Of a DNA stretch of 59,253 bases, positions 47,669 through 57,439 are shown piece by piece (the stretch's first letter is position 1; every line of letters starts with the position of its first letter). The notes below the pieces were generated by a model. That model was not told where the DNA came from, ran no database searches, and saw only the letters and a program-made list of their open reading frames with translations. The position numbers and the translations under genes were made by a program. The stretch comes from a virus (taxonomy: Duplodnaviria > Caudoviricetes). Where the stretch lies: IMG/VR virus record IMGVR_UViG_3300025889_000131, positions 1-59,253 of that record. One strand, written 5' to 3'.

Positions 47669-49539
47669 TATGCTTTATATACTGTTACACCAGTTTCGTT
47701 ACTTCCAGTCGTCAGTGTTGAACCCTGTGTAGTAACTGTTGAAACGCCAAAGTTTGTCGAAGTTCTTTCATCAATCATCGTAATTTTTGTATCACTGAAA
47801 AGAAGTAATTCGTTTGTTTCTGCTCTCACATCTTCTGTTTTTGGTGATACATAAAGACTGATAAAGGATCCAAAATATGCTGTTGGTCTGAAACTGTTGA
47901 TTTTTACGATTCCCTGAGCATAATCAATTGTGCCGATATTATCATCAAGATAAATTCTCTGAGATCCTTTAGCATAATAAATTCTAACAGTTCCTTCTCC
48001 ATCATCATCAAAAAATGCTGTTTTGCCTTCATATGTAAAGGAGCTTGAAGAAAGCGTTCCTGGAATTCCATCTTCAATATGAGCATGCCTTTGTTCAAGA
48101 GAATTATTAAAGTTCAGTGTATATGTAAATGTAGCTGACAGAATTGGAGTAAATCTTTTCTCGAGACCAATGGTTGTAATATTTCCAAGTATAGATGCAT
48201 CCGTATCATCAATTTTTCTAGTAAAACTGGAGTATCTAAATAAATTATTATCAAATGTTCCGAGTTTACTTGTTTCAAACGAAGTAATTGAGTTTTCTAC
48301 TTTTTCTCTAAGTGCACTTGCCGACAATACTGTAAGATCACTGTCATATTTAACAGTAATCGTTGGATTGATATAAAGATATGTTGCGTCCACAAATTCT
48401 GTTTCTACACCAACAATACTGTATTGTTTAAGATGATTTTTGATAACATTTTTTCTTTGATCTGATAAAAATAGAGCAGTAGATGGTTTTGCTGCTATAA
48501 AGACACGACCTGGAGTAGAGGGAATATTATTCTCTCCACCCCAAGCACGCAGGCTGCTAATTTCTGGAAAGTCTCTTTTAATAATGCGCTCATAGTCTTT
48601 TGCATTAACGGCGCGATTCTGTGTCTGATAGTTACGAGGTGCACTGAATTTAATGCTTTCAATTGTCTCTGTATTTGCACCACCTTCAGCTGCTGTTTGG
48701 ACAGTAAAGCTATAATTTGAATATCCTCCTAGTGTAGAAGGACCAGAGAATGTATTTGCACCATTAAGATCACTTCCGTGACAGACACGATATCCAATGA
48801 TAACAATGTTGCCATTATCCAATTCTTGTCCAAGAACATCATCACCGAAGATCAATTCATATTCTTCATTCTCGTTTTCTTGCAGGAAGTAAATTTTACT
48901 GTTAGCATAAACATTGCGTAAATCTGTAGCTCTCGTAAATGTTCTTGTGGTACTATTAGAAGAACTAGTTTGTACTTCTACAGTAAGAGATGTTGTATCA
49001 ACATTCTTGTTTGGAATATTAAATCTTTGATTGGTACTGTTCACGTCAACAGTATAACGATGAGTCAGCGGTTCACCTTCTACAATATTCAAGTTAGCAC
49101 TGTATGTATTACTTGAAGGAAGAATAGTATAAGATTGAGGAGTTACAAATTTATAAGTAATTCCGTCAACATCACTTGTGAATACTGTATTCTTATCAAC
49201 TGTGATAGATGCAGGAGAATCATTTGGAACTACTGTTACTTGAACAACCGCGGTAGCTCCACGAGCAGAAGTTGGTGTGTATCCAAGCGCTTTTGCTTTA
49301 CTGACAACATTATTGCGAATCTGAGCAGAGTCAAGAAAAGATTCATTGGTTGCCATATTTATATAAATGGCATTCATATAAGTATTATAAGCAAGCATAT
49401 CAATGAGGTTAGCCATAGCTGAACCTTCAAAGTCATGATCGCTGAAATCGCCGACAGAACTGATGTAGTTCTTAATGTTATTACGAATAGTCGTAAAATT
49501 AAGAGATGTTACGTTCAGAACATTATTGGAAAGAGCCAT
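47668..49539 (-). CDS. gp6: Baseplate wedge gp6
   Basis: D.DFEGS....L.D.LAYNT, ESFLDSA..R..VVS.AK.LGY.P, FGD...G, QNRAV...DY. Confidence 0.96.
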   Translation of the reverse strand: MALSNNVLNVTSLNFTTIRNNIKNYISSVGDFSDHDFEGSAMANLIDMLAYNTYMNAIYINMATNESFLDSAQIRNNVVSKAKALGYTPTSARGATAVVQVTVVPNDSPASITVDKNTVFTSDVDGITYKFVTPQSYTILPSSNTYSANLNIVEGEPLTHRYTVDVNSTNQRFNIPNKNVDTTSLTVEVQTSSSNSTTRTFTRATDLRNVYANSKIYFLQENENEEYELIFGDDVLGQELDNGNIVIIGYRVCHGSDLNGANTFSGPSTLGGYSNYSFTVQTAAEGGANTETIESIKFSAPRNYQTQNRAVNAKDYERIIKRDFPEISSLRAWGGENNIPSTPGRVFIAAKPSTALFLSDQRKNVIKNHLKQYSIVGVETEFVDATYLYINPTITVKYDSDLTVLSASALREKVENSITSFETSKLGTFDNNLFRYSSFTRKIDDTDASILGNITTIGLEKRFTPILSATFTYTLNFNNSLEQRHAHIEDGIPGTLSSSSFTYEGKTAFFDDDGEGTVRIYYAKGSQRIYLDDNIGTIDYAQGIVKINSFRPTAYFGSFISLYVSPKTEDVRAETNELLLFSDTKITMIDERTSTNFGVSTVTTQGSTLTTGSNETGVTVYKA

Positions 49540-49934
49540 TATCGAATTCTTTCTACTGAGATAGTTGTTGTGACTGCATCTGTAAGATTGCGAATAAGAA
49601 ACGTGATTGTAACCTCAAGAGAATTAATATCTGGTGTTTCATCAACTTTCACTTCAAGAATTTCAACCCTTGGTTCATAGTTTCTAATTGCAACTCTGAT
49701 ATCTTCTTTGATCTCATAAGAAATATTTGGACCAAAGTTTTCAAATAGCTTTTGACGAATGCTACTACCCAAAAGAGGCTTGTAAAAACGTTCATATCTA
49801 TTAGTTAATACAATAGACTTAAGTGCTTGTTTGACTGCTCTTTCGTTCTTCACAATTGACAGATTCTTAGTTACAGGATGTGCTGCAAACGACAAATCTA
49901 AATCAGAGTACTGTATTGAATTGGGTACTGGCAT
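49539..49934 (-). CDS. gp25: Baseplate wedge gp25
   Basis: YSDLDL.F..HP, N..AV......V.T...ER...P..G, YEPRV. Confidence 0.95.
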   Translation of the reverse strand: MPVPNSIQYSDLDLSFAAHPVTKNLSIVKNERAVKQALKSIVLTNRYERFYKPLLGSSIRQKLFENFGPNISYEIKEDIRVAIRNYEPRVEILEVKVDETPDINSLEVTITFLIRNLTDAVTTTISVERIR

Positions 49935-49952
49935 TCGCCCCTCTTTTCTTTA

Positions 49953-49960
49953 TATTTATA
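49953..49960 (-). promoter_or_regulatory. Late promoter TATAAATA upstream of gp25
   Basis: Exact match overlapping the upstream stop codon. Confidence 0.8.
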
Positions 49961-50594
49961 ACTCTGATTCTCTTTTTACTTTAGAACTCTCAGGAATAGA
50001 CAGTCCATTTTCAAGATTAGACTGCAATTTATTCATTGCAGAGGTGATATTTTCATCAGTTTTAGAAGCAAGATCAATAGATTTACTTAGCTCTTCTTCC
50101 GTTTTATTTAATGCTTTATCAATAAGTGCTGCTGCATTTTCTGTTGGAACAGTAATTGGATTTCCTTTAATGATCTCTACACCGTCAAAGATTTGTAGAT
50201 TAGGAACATCTTTACATGGATCAAAATTCTCGAAGTCTTCTATGAGACTGTCAATGTATCCGTTGACATCAATTCCAGTATACTTACTCTGAATATCGGA
50301 AATGAGAGCAGCGAAAGCAACCGGGTTTCTCTGTTTCAAATTGGTTTTTAATGCACCTTTAAGAGCTATAAAATCTTGTTGGAGACTCTCATCTGGAATT
50401 AGATCTCCAGGAATAAGACTCTCAAGGTTATTTTTAAACGCTTTGATTTGACTTGATACGGCTGACTCAAGACTATCAATTGCTGCTGTGATACCATTTG
50501 TTACATCATCAATTTGTGAGTTGACGATATTCTTCAGCTTCTTAGCTTCATCTTCGAGTTTCTGAATGGATTGAGAAATACCACAAAGAGACAT
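49956..50594 (-). CDS. Hypothetical helical protein downstream of gp5
   Basis: Coupled to the gp5 stop; no motif recognised. Confidence 0.65.
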   Translation of the reverse strand: MSLCGISQSIQKLEDEAKKLKNIVNSQIDDVTNGITAAIDSLESAVSSQIKAFKNNLESLIPGDLIPDESLQQDFIALKGALKTNLKQRNPVAFAALISDIQSKYTGIDVNGYIDSLIEDFENFDPCKDVPNLQIFDGVEIIKGNPITVPTENAAALIDKALNKTEEELSKSIDLASKTDENITSAMNKLQSNLENGLSIPESSKVKRESEL

Positions 50595-51982
50595 TACTGA
50601 GGAGCTCCTGTATCTTGTTGTGTATCACTACCGCTATCATCATCCTGTGGATGTGTATGATTGACAAGACTGATATTTGAACCACCACCAAGCACGTCTG
50701 TAGATGCATCAACAGTACCAGTCACGTTTGTGTTATTGTTAATGTTCAATGTAGTTGCTGTCATGTTACTGTCTTGAAGAGATTTAACATTGAATTTAAG
50801 AGCAGCTGCAAGGTTGACATTCTTTAGTGCACCAATATCAAAAGAACCAAAGGTTACAAACGATGTATTTCCACTAATAATACTTGAGGAATTCTTAAGT
50901 ACAGTTTGCCTCATGTTTTTACTTACGGAAACGGAGTAATTTTTACCAATAGAAGTAGATACATTTTTCCCGAAGTAATAACGTGAATCTTCTCCTGCTC
51001 TTTGATTTATTCCACCATCGATTTGTTCTGATACATCACTTTTTACTTCTTTGACATCATTACCACCAATCTTTGTTACTCTATCTCCATGAACGGTTAG
51101 AAAATAATCGCCATCAACTTCTTCGACTCTATTTCCCTTTGTTAGAATATGTGTATCACCTTCAACAGTAATATTGACCGCTCCTTTAACGTAGACATTC
51201 TTGCCAGACAGATGCATTTCATATGTTTCACCGACAACTTTGGTAACCTTCGTTCCATCTGGTTGAATTTCTTCAAATGTTCCAGCCGTATGATAATTGT
51301 GAATACGTTCTGCGCTCGGTGTATCATCAACCTCAAATACGTGCCCGGATTCCGTTTTTCTCACATGGTTATATGGATATGTAGAGACAATTGGATCTTC
51401 TTGATTTCCATATCTAGGTTTTGGCTCGTCATAACTATTACGTTCAAAGAGTGCATTATCTTTATTAGATGTGTCAAGTACTGTGTCTACTCTTGAAGCA
51501 ACTGCTTTCTGTATTTCAAGAAGCCGTGCTTCTCTTTTGCCTTTCAATGATTGATCTTCAGAAGCTTCTATTTCTCCTCGTGCAAGCGTAGGAGTATCAG
51601 GCACATTATTGGCATATGGATAAATATTCCTTGGATCTCTAAATGCATCTCCAAGTACTTCTCCGCTTGGAATTCCTGCAAAGGAACCAAAGATAACTGG
51701 AAACTGAGCAGACTCTCCATCCATGAAAAATCCAAAGACCCATGAACCTTCGAGCAATCCAGTAGCAGATGTACCAATACCAGATAATGCTCCAGAAGTT
51801 ATTGGTTGAATAGGAATAGCCCATGGAAGATCATCTGTGGGTAGCACATCTCTATTTTCATCATGCCAACCCATGCATCGAACTTTACATCGACCAATCT
51901 GCAATGGATCATAACGGCTTTCTACTACACCAAACCACCAGATAAAACCATCAAGTCCAAGGAATTCTTTATTCTTAGCCAT
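50594..51982 (-). CDS. gp5: Baseplate central spike gp5 (OB-fold plus beta-helix, no lysozyme, HxH tip)
   Basis: GVVE...DP...GR..VR..G.H, LPWA, V.GFF.DG, YPYNHV..TESGH..E.DDTP..ER, beta-helix repeats, terminal HTH. Confidence 0.92.
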   Translation of the reverse strand: MAKNKEFLGLDGFIWWFGVVESRYDPLQIGRCKVRCMGWHDENRDVLPTDDLPWAIPIQPITSGALSGIGTSATGLLEGSWVFGFFMDGESAQFPVIFGSFAGIPSGEVLGDAFRDPRNIYPYANNVPDTPTLARGEIEASEDQSLKGKREARLLEIQKAVASRVDTVLDTSNKDNALFERNSYDEPKPRYGNQEDPIVSTYPYNHVRKTESGHVFEVDDTPSAERIHNYHTAGTFEEIQPDGTKVTKVVGETYEMHLSGKNVYVKGAVNITVEGDTHILTKGNRVEEVDGDYFLTVHGDRVTKIGGNDVKEVKSDVSEQIDGGINQRAGEDSRYYFGKNVSTSIGKNYSVSVSKNMRQTVLKNSSSIISGNTSFVTFGSFDIGALKNVNLAAALKFNVKSLQDSNMTATTLNINNNTNVTGTVDASTDVLGGGSNISLVNHTHPQDDDSGSDTQQDTGAPQ

Positions 51983-53357
51983 TACTTAACCTATCACCTT
52001 CAGTTTGAATCTTACTTGCATAAGAGTTTTTGACACATTCAAACGTCGTTGCAAATGAGTTGTTATCGAACTTAAATGTATGTGTCAATGAGGTTACAAG
52101 AAACTTGGCATTTCTTACACCATTTGCGTCTGCCTTTTCTCCGCCATAGAATATATTGTAGATCTTAGAAAACTCTTCATCATTCGAATCCTGTGAAACA
52201 AATATATTCACAACACTTCCAACATGAAGATCGGATGCACCAGAAATAGTACATTGCAACTTAATTGCATTCAGAAGTTCGCGGCTAGCTACATCAAGAT
52301 GCGCAAAACGATTTCTTCTTCTATAATAGAAATACTGTTTGTCTGTCTCTTCCGTGATGTGTTCTCTAACATAATCATTAAGTACAGTGGCTCGTAAAAA
52401 TCTTTCATGAACAGATGATTCCACATCACGATAAAGAGATACTTCTGGAATGATTTTTTCTGATCCAAGCATCTTCAATTGATCTGTTTCACCATACTTG
52501 AAATCTTTCTGTGCATATGTTTTCGTCACGGGATCAAAACATTTAACAGCATTACGATAACCGCCAGTTATAGATGTCTTCAATGTGTCTGGAATTCCAT
52601 CAATCTGAAGATCCAAAATAACTTTATAGTCATGAACCGTATCACTCTCTGATCTCTCGTTTCTTTTAAGAGAAGCAGCATCTGCATAATAATAACTCTC
52701 AAAAACATCAGAGTCAATCATTTCGTCAATAGTCTTGAAATAGAATTTACGCTCAAGTGTTTCATAAAAAGTAAAATTGGATGCTGGATAATCTGGAGAT
52801 TCAGCCTCTTTTGCAATCTTTCTAATGAAATTAAATGGTGTTTCTCCTACACCTACGAAATGCTGTGTTCCTAGAGTATCAGAGGCAACAACCTCCTTAG
52901 ATCTTGGGAATAGGTCACCATCAGTAAAGTGTGTGTGGAATATGTTTTTTACTATGTCTTTACAAGTACCCGTATGAGAATTTCTTACTTCTCTAAGTAC
53001 ATTCACCCTTTGTTCTGGAGAAACTCCAAATAAAACATATGACCTTGATCTTTCACCGTTTTTAACGATTGGAGAGGTTTTATACAGATCAAACTCCATT
53101 TCTACATATTCTTCTAATGATGGAGTTCTAAATGAGATACCAATTTTCTCATCACCTACAATTGGGAATCTCTCAATAAGTCCTTTTGCATCTTCAATGA
53201 TAATCTCTATTGCAACAAAATGAGAGAAGATGCTTTCGTATACATGAAACTCCATGCAAAGAGGTTTGATGTCAATAATCTGCGAACGATCATATGGCGT
53301 TAAGAGAACACTCTTTACGTCAAGAGAAAGGTGTTCATAAGTATTCGGGTTTTGCAT
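51975..53357 (-). CDS. Baseplate hub protein (gp27-like)
   Basis: YESIF......I.D...L....PI.G.E, F.FYE....F.F..., G...L.VG..V, FLVT.L.H; lies between gp53 and gp5. Confidence 0.7.
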   Translation of the reverse strand: MQNPNTYEHLSLDVKSVLLTPYDRSQIIDIKPLCMEFHVYESIFSHFVAIEIIIEDAKGLIERFPIVGDEKIGISFRTPSLEEYVEMEFDLYKTSPIVKNGERSRSYVLFGVSPEQRVNVLREVRNSHTGTCKDIVKNIFHTHFTDGDLFPRSKEVVASDTLGTQHFVGVGETPFNFIRKIAKEAESPDYPASNFTFYETLERKFYFKTIDEMIDSDVFESYYYADAASLKRNERSESDTVHDYKVILDLQIDGIPDTLKTSITGGYRNAVKCFDPVTKTYAQKDFKYGETDQLKMLGSEKIIPEVSLYRDVESSVHERFLRATVLNDYVREHITEETDKQYFYYRRRNRFAHLDVASRELLNAIKLQCTISGASDLHVGSVVNIFVSQDSNDEEFSKIYNIFYGGEKADANGVRNAKFLVTSLTHTFKFDNNSFATTFECVKNSYASKIQTEGDRLSNG

Positions 53358-53923
53358 TAGTCAAAAACACCTCTTACAGAAGCAAGAATATCGGTAACAT
53401 ATGCACTATCAAGAAGATAGATATTCCTGCGACCATCATTAAGATTAAGCTCATAATCGTACGCAGATACCAGTCTTCTTGAACCCGATGAAAGAGTTTC
53501 ATAGGTTGTTTCATCTACTACTACGGTTCTTTCTGGGATAATGGTTCCATCATATAATTTACTCTGAGGATTTAAGATCTTTTCATAATGATGTACCTCA
53601 GCTCTGGCAGCAGAAACACTGCCATATTTTTTCCGAATGAAGTTTTCGAAGGCCTGTGAATCGAGAGGCCATTCGAAGAGAGGATCGATAATATCATTCA
53701 CAAGTATCACAAGCCAATCGAGGTACGTATCTTTATAATAGATATCTGCAATAACATCCGGTCGATCACCATCTTGTACTTCATATGTATAATAAACAAC
53801 CTTTCTTGATTGGAGTGCTTGTTGAATTTTAAAACGCACAGTAATATTTGTCAGAAGAACAGGATTGTCATTCTTCTTAATGTCATATTGTACTTTGGGA
53901 AATGGTGAAAAGTATTCAGCCAT
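53357..53923 (-). CDS. gp53: Baseplate wedge gp53
   Basis: YF..FP...Y, Y...DGDRPD.IA..YY, W.....N.I.DP...WP, HHYE, YDYE..LN. Confidence 0.93.
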   Translation of the reverse strand: MAEYFSPFPKVQYDIKKNDNPVLLTNITVRFKIQQALQSRKVVYYTYEVQDGDRPDVIADIYYKDTYLDWLVILVNDIIDPLFEWPLDSQAFENFIRKKYGSVSAARAEVHHYEKILNPQSKLYDGTIIPERTVVVDETTYETLSSGSRRLVSAYDYELNLNDGRRNIYLLDSAYVTDILASVRGVFD

Positions 53924-54837
53924 TATGCTCCATCCTTATCGATTTCTTTCTTGGTAACAATACGAGTTTCCGTAAAGCTCATATCGATAGTGACACTCAC
54001 AGGTGCTTCTTCATCTCCAACGGTATGATAAAATGGTCCACCTTCTCCATGGTAATTGACACTGAAAGATGTAAGAACACTCTGGTTTAACTTGAATAGA
54101 TACTTGTCTTTATTGAATCCAATATGAAACTGATTCGGATAAGCAAAAATGTGATTCTCTGCTCTGTATTCTGGTGCCTGTGCTCTCTTGAAAAGATAAA
54201 TGATATTTCTAATAGTGTCTGATTCTTTTTGATTATTGGCGATCAGTTTGTAATTGAAAGAGTGTGTTCTAAATCCAATACCTTTAAACAAAACAGCCAT
54301 ATGAGGGTTACGCGTAATTCCCTTTCCAGCAAGTGCTCCTGTTGCAACCTGTTGCGCACCGGCAGATATACCTGCGAGAGCACCTGCGGCGGCAGTTCCT
54401 CCAAGAGCATTACCAAGAAGAGCGGATACGAGAGGAGCCGCCTGTGTTTCAGCAGCTTGCAAGCCAAGGCCTTTAAGTGCATCTTGATTGACTACTTTCT
54501 CTCTTGTTCCCGCGAGAAAGTCTGATACACTTTGAACGGAAAAATCAAGATCTCCAGCAGATTGAGCAGCAGCCTGTCCTAAAATTCCCATTTCTTCTTG
54601 TGCATAATCTACATTATATCCTGTCTGTAAATTTCCTGGAAGAGGCAGAATGATACGCTGAGAGATCTTCTGTTTTTCGTTAAGGTCTCTCTGATACTGA
54701 TAGTCTTCAAAGATACTGAACACAACAAACTGACCCATCTGTTCCATCTCGTTTGGAAAGACAAGTGTTCCACTTCTATTTCTATCTACAAGTTCTTTAA
54801 GTTGTGATCGTGTTTCTTTTAGATCTAAAGAGGCCAT
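53923..54837 (-). CDS. gp48: Baseplate tail tube cap gp48
   Basis: I.LPLP, NP....LF.G..FR.H.F...L......E...I..I...FK, P......SF.E. Confidence 0.88.
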   Translation of the reverse strand: MASLDLKETRSQLKELVDRNRSGTLVFPNEMEQMGQFVVFSIFEDYQYQRDLNEKQKISQRIILPLPGNLQTGYNVDYAQEEMGILGQAAAQSAGDLDFSVQSVSDFLAGTREKVVNQDALKGLGLQAAETQAAPLVSALLGNALGGTAAAGALAGISAGAQQVATGALAGKGITRNPHMAVLFKGIGFRTHSFNYKLIANNQKESDTIRNIIYLFKRAQAPEYRAENHIFAYPNQFHIGFNKDKYLFKLNQSVLTSFSVNYHGEGGPFYHTVGDEEAPVSVTIDMSFTETRIVTKKEIDKDGA

Positions 54838-54844
54838 ATAAATA
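54837..54844 (+). promoter_or_regulatory. Late promoter TATAAATA for gp4 (plus strand)
   Basis: Exact match overlapping the gp48 start codon. Confidence 0.85.
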
Positions 54845-54861
54845 TCCTTGGATTTACCAAC

Positions 54862-54869
54862 TATTTATA
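54862..54869 (-). promoter_or_regulatory. Late promoter TATAAATA for gp48 (minus strand)
   Basis: Exact match 24 nt upstream of the gp48 ATG. Confidence 0.85.
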
Positions 54870-54872
54870 ACT

Positions 54873-55331
54873 ATGCCAGAATACTACCAAGGAAAATATA
54901 GACCAAAAAACCCTCATAAGTACAAAGGAAACCCAAACGAAATCTACTTTCGTAGTTCTTGGGAAGCTAAAGCTATGATGTACTTTGACTTAAGAGAAGA
55001 AGTCATACAGTGGTCCAGCGAAGAAATTATTGTTCCATATAGATCTAAACTTGACGGTAAAAAGCATCGTTACTTTCCAGACTTTGTTATTACGGTAATT
55101 GACAAGAATGGAAAGAAAAAAACATATATGGTTGAAGTAAAACCGTATAAGCAGACAATAGAACCAAAACCACAAAAGAGAATGACAAAAAAGTACTTAA
55201 GAGAAGTCCAAACCTACGTTATAAATAAATCAAAATGGGAATATGCAGAAGAATTCTGTAAAGACCGCGGTTGGGAATTTACTACAATCACAGAGAAAGA
55301 TTTATTCGGAAGTGCCGGCATCAACCTTTGA
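54873..55331 (+). CDS. gp4: Head completion protein gp4 (TnsA-like nuclease fold)
   Basis: Y.GKY.P.NP.KY.G, RSSWE, W.SEE..VPY, HRYFPDF, EVKP..QT; true start ATG at 54873. Confidence 0.95.
   Translation: MPEYYQGKYRPKNPHKYKGNPNEIYFRSSWEAKAMMYFDLREEVIQWSSEEIIVPYRSKLDGKKHRYFPDFVITVIDKNGKKKTYMVEVKPYKQTIEPKPQKRMTKKYLREVQTYVINKSKWEYAEEFCKDRGWEFTTITEKDLFGSAGINL
55220..55227 (+). promoter_or_regulatory. Possible late promoter TATAAATA inside gp4, upstream of gp2
   Basis: Exact match but intragenic. Confidence 0.5.
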
Positions 55332-55899
55332 CCAAATATTAGCTAAAGGAGCTCGACAGGGTATTCTTCCTGCACGCACAGCAGACGCGCGTCGTTGGTT
55401 TAGAGATCAAGCAAAGAGATCCAATGTTACAGCCGAAAAGCTTCATGCTGAATCTAAAGCTGCGTTCACAAAATCTGTTTCTGTTGGGCGAATGTATATG
55501 TTTTTCTATGATCCGAAACATAAAAAGACACTTCCATATTATGACAGATTTCCGCTGATATTTCCTTTCAAAGGAGAATCAGATGGATTCTATGGAATCA
55601 ATCTTCATTACCTTCCACCAAAACTAAGAGCTATGCTGATGGATGGTTTGTATGATCTGCTTTCTAATAAGAAATATGACGAAACAACAAAGCTTCGTTT
55701 GAGCTATAATGTTCTTAATGGTGCTTCTAAATATAAATGGTTTAAACCTTGTGTTAAGAGATATCTATCACGGCATGTAAGATCTCGATTTATTGAAGTG
55801 AATGTGAATGAATGGGACATGGCACTCATGCTTCCAACACAGAAATTCCAAGGAGCTTCAACAGCAAAAGTCTGGAGAGATAGCAGAAATGCCGTTTAA
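55312..55899 (+). CDS. gp2: DNA end protector gp2
   Basis: GRMY.F.YDPK.K..LPYYD.FPL, G.NLHYL, K.YL..HV.S; probable GTG start at 55312. Confidence 0.93.
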   Translation: MPASTFDQILAKGARQGILPARTADARRWFRDQAKRSNVTAEKLHAESKAAFTKSVSVGRMYMFFYDPKHKKTLPYYDRFPLIFPFKGESDGFYGINLHYLPPKLRAMLMDGLYDLLSNKKYDETTKLRLSYNVLNGASKYKWFKPCVKRYLSRHVRSRFIEVNVNEWDMALMLPTQKFQGASTAKVWRDSRNAV

Positions 55900-56662
55900 A
55901 ATTAACGAGTTTACAAGTTCTATCAGCGCAACTGGTGTTTCTAAACAGGATCGGTTTGAGGTTCGTATTACACCTCCTTCACCCGGTGGTTCTGGAGAGT
56001 CAGCATTGAGTCGTCTTATCTCTGCATTATCCAGCGTGGGTGGTACCGTAGGACAGATTGCTGGTATTATTGACGGATTTGGAGGAGTCGACTCACAACA
56101 CTTAGCTCTTCGTGCATCTGAAGCTGAACTTCCAGGACGTTCAACACAGACAATAGAAAACAGATACTATGGCCCAGTTCAGAAAACTGGATATCAGGGA
56201 AATTACGTAGATACGCAGATTACGTTTATCTGTAGTGAAGATCTTCGTGAAAAGTTATTCTTCGAGAAATGGCAAGATCTTATCTTTGGAGATCATCGTA
56301 CAGGACCGAACAATCTCACTATGAAGAACTACAATGCTGGATACTATGATGACTATATCTCTACAATCGAGATTTTTCAGTATAATGAGAACAACGATAA
56401 AACGTATCAAATCAAACTACTTGAAGCCTTTCCTATTAATGTCAATCCATTGTCACTTTCCTGGGGAGCAGACGACATTCACAAATTGCAAGTTAGCTTC
56501 GCATTTAGATCATTTGAAGATAAATCTAACGGATTGTCTAAATTTGCTGCCGGTGCTTTCAATCTTAACAATGCACTTGGTGGAGGAAGCGGGAGAGAAG
56601 TTGGTGGAATTAATACATCGAACGTGCGACGTGGAATTCGTTTCTTAAATAGAATTTTTTAA
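55889..56662 (+). CDS. gp54: Baseplate tail tube initiator gp54
   Basis: gp19-like fold motifs (RF.V.I, LPGR, F..W.D.I, YYD.Y...I.I.Q, L.EAFP, L.V.F.F); start ATG at 55889. Confidence 0.8.
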   Translation: MPFKINEFTSSISATGVSKQDRFEVRITPPSPGGSGESALSRLISALSSVGGTVGQIAGIIDGFGGVDSQHLALRASEAELPGRSTQTIENRYYGPVQKTGYQGNYVDTQITFICSEDLREKLFFEKWQDLIFGDHRTGPNNLTMKNYNAGYYDDYISTIEIFQYNENNDKTYQIKLLEAFPINVNPLSLSWGADDIHKLQVSFAFRSFEDKSNGLSKFAAGAFNLNNALGGGSGREVGGINTSNVRRGIRFLNRIF

Positions 56663-56678
56663 CTGAATTGGAGTAACT

Positions 56679-57392
56679 ATGCCTTTACCATCATTAGCAA
56701 CACCTGAGTTTTTTACCAAGATTCCTTCAACACAGAAAGAAATCAAATTCCGTCCTTTTCTTGTTAAGGAAGAGAAGCTTCTCTATATAGCATTAGAAAG
56801 CAAAAACAATAAAGATATCGTCAATGCAGTTAAGCAGATTTTGCATAATTGTATTCTTGATGATATCGACATTGACGAACTGACATCATTCGATTTTGAA
56901 TATCTGTTTCTGCAGCTACGTGGAAAGTCAGTCGGTGAAGTTATCGAATTGATTGTTTCTCATGATCCAGAAAAGAACGACTGTAAACACAAAACACCAG
57001 TTGCCGTTAATATTGAAGACATTAAAGTTAATGTTCCAGAAAAGAATACTAAAACGGTGGAGCTAACATCAGATATTGGTATAGAACTACACTATCCAAA
57101 TATCGAAAAGCTTTCGAATGTGACAAACATTAAGACAGACGAATTCGATGCTCTTATTGATGTTATGGCATCATGCATTAAAAAGGTGTATCAGGGAGAT
57201 GAAGTTATTACAGATTTCAGCCATAAAGAAATGAAGGACTGGATTCTAACAATGAATAAAACACAGCGTGAAAGCATTTATGATTTCATTAAAGATATGC
57301 CGACTATTACACATAAAATTGAATGGACATGCCCGGCCTGTGGAAAGGATGATTTTGTAGAAGTACGAGGGCTTCAAGGTTTTTTTACCTAA
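56679..57392 (+). CDS. gp26: Baseplate hub assembly protein gp26
   Basis: MPLP....P, RPFLVKEEK.L, FD.EY.FL.LR.KSVGE, CPAC, GL..FF end. Confidence 0.93.
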   Translation: MPLPSLATPEFFTKIPSTQKEIKFRPFLVKEEKLLYIALESKNNKDIVNAVKQILHNCILDDIDIDELTSFDFEYLFLQLRGKSVGEVIELIVSHDPEKNDCKHKTPVAVNIEDIKVNVPEKNTKTVELTSDIGIELHYPNIEKLSNVTNIKTDEFDALIDVMASCIKKVYQGDEVITDFSHKEMKDWILTMNKTQRESIYDFIKDMPTITHKIEWTCPACGKDDFVEVRGLQGFFT

Positions 57393-57439
57393 GTCTTTCT
57401 CATAATACACTACAGAACTATTATCGAAGCACTTTCGCA

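Noticed and set aside
21-54800. Many plus-strand ORFs of 60-180 aa opposite the minus-strand genes
   Set aside because: Antisense shadows of real genes; no recognisable motifs
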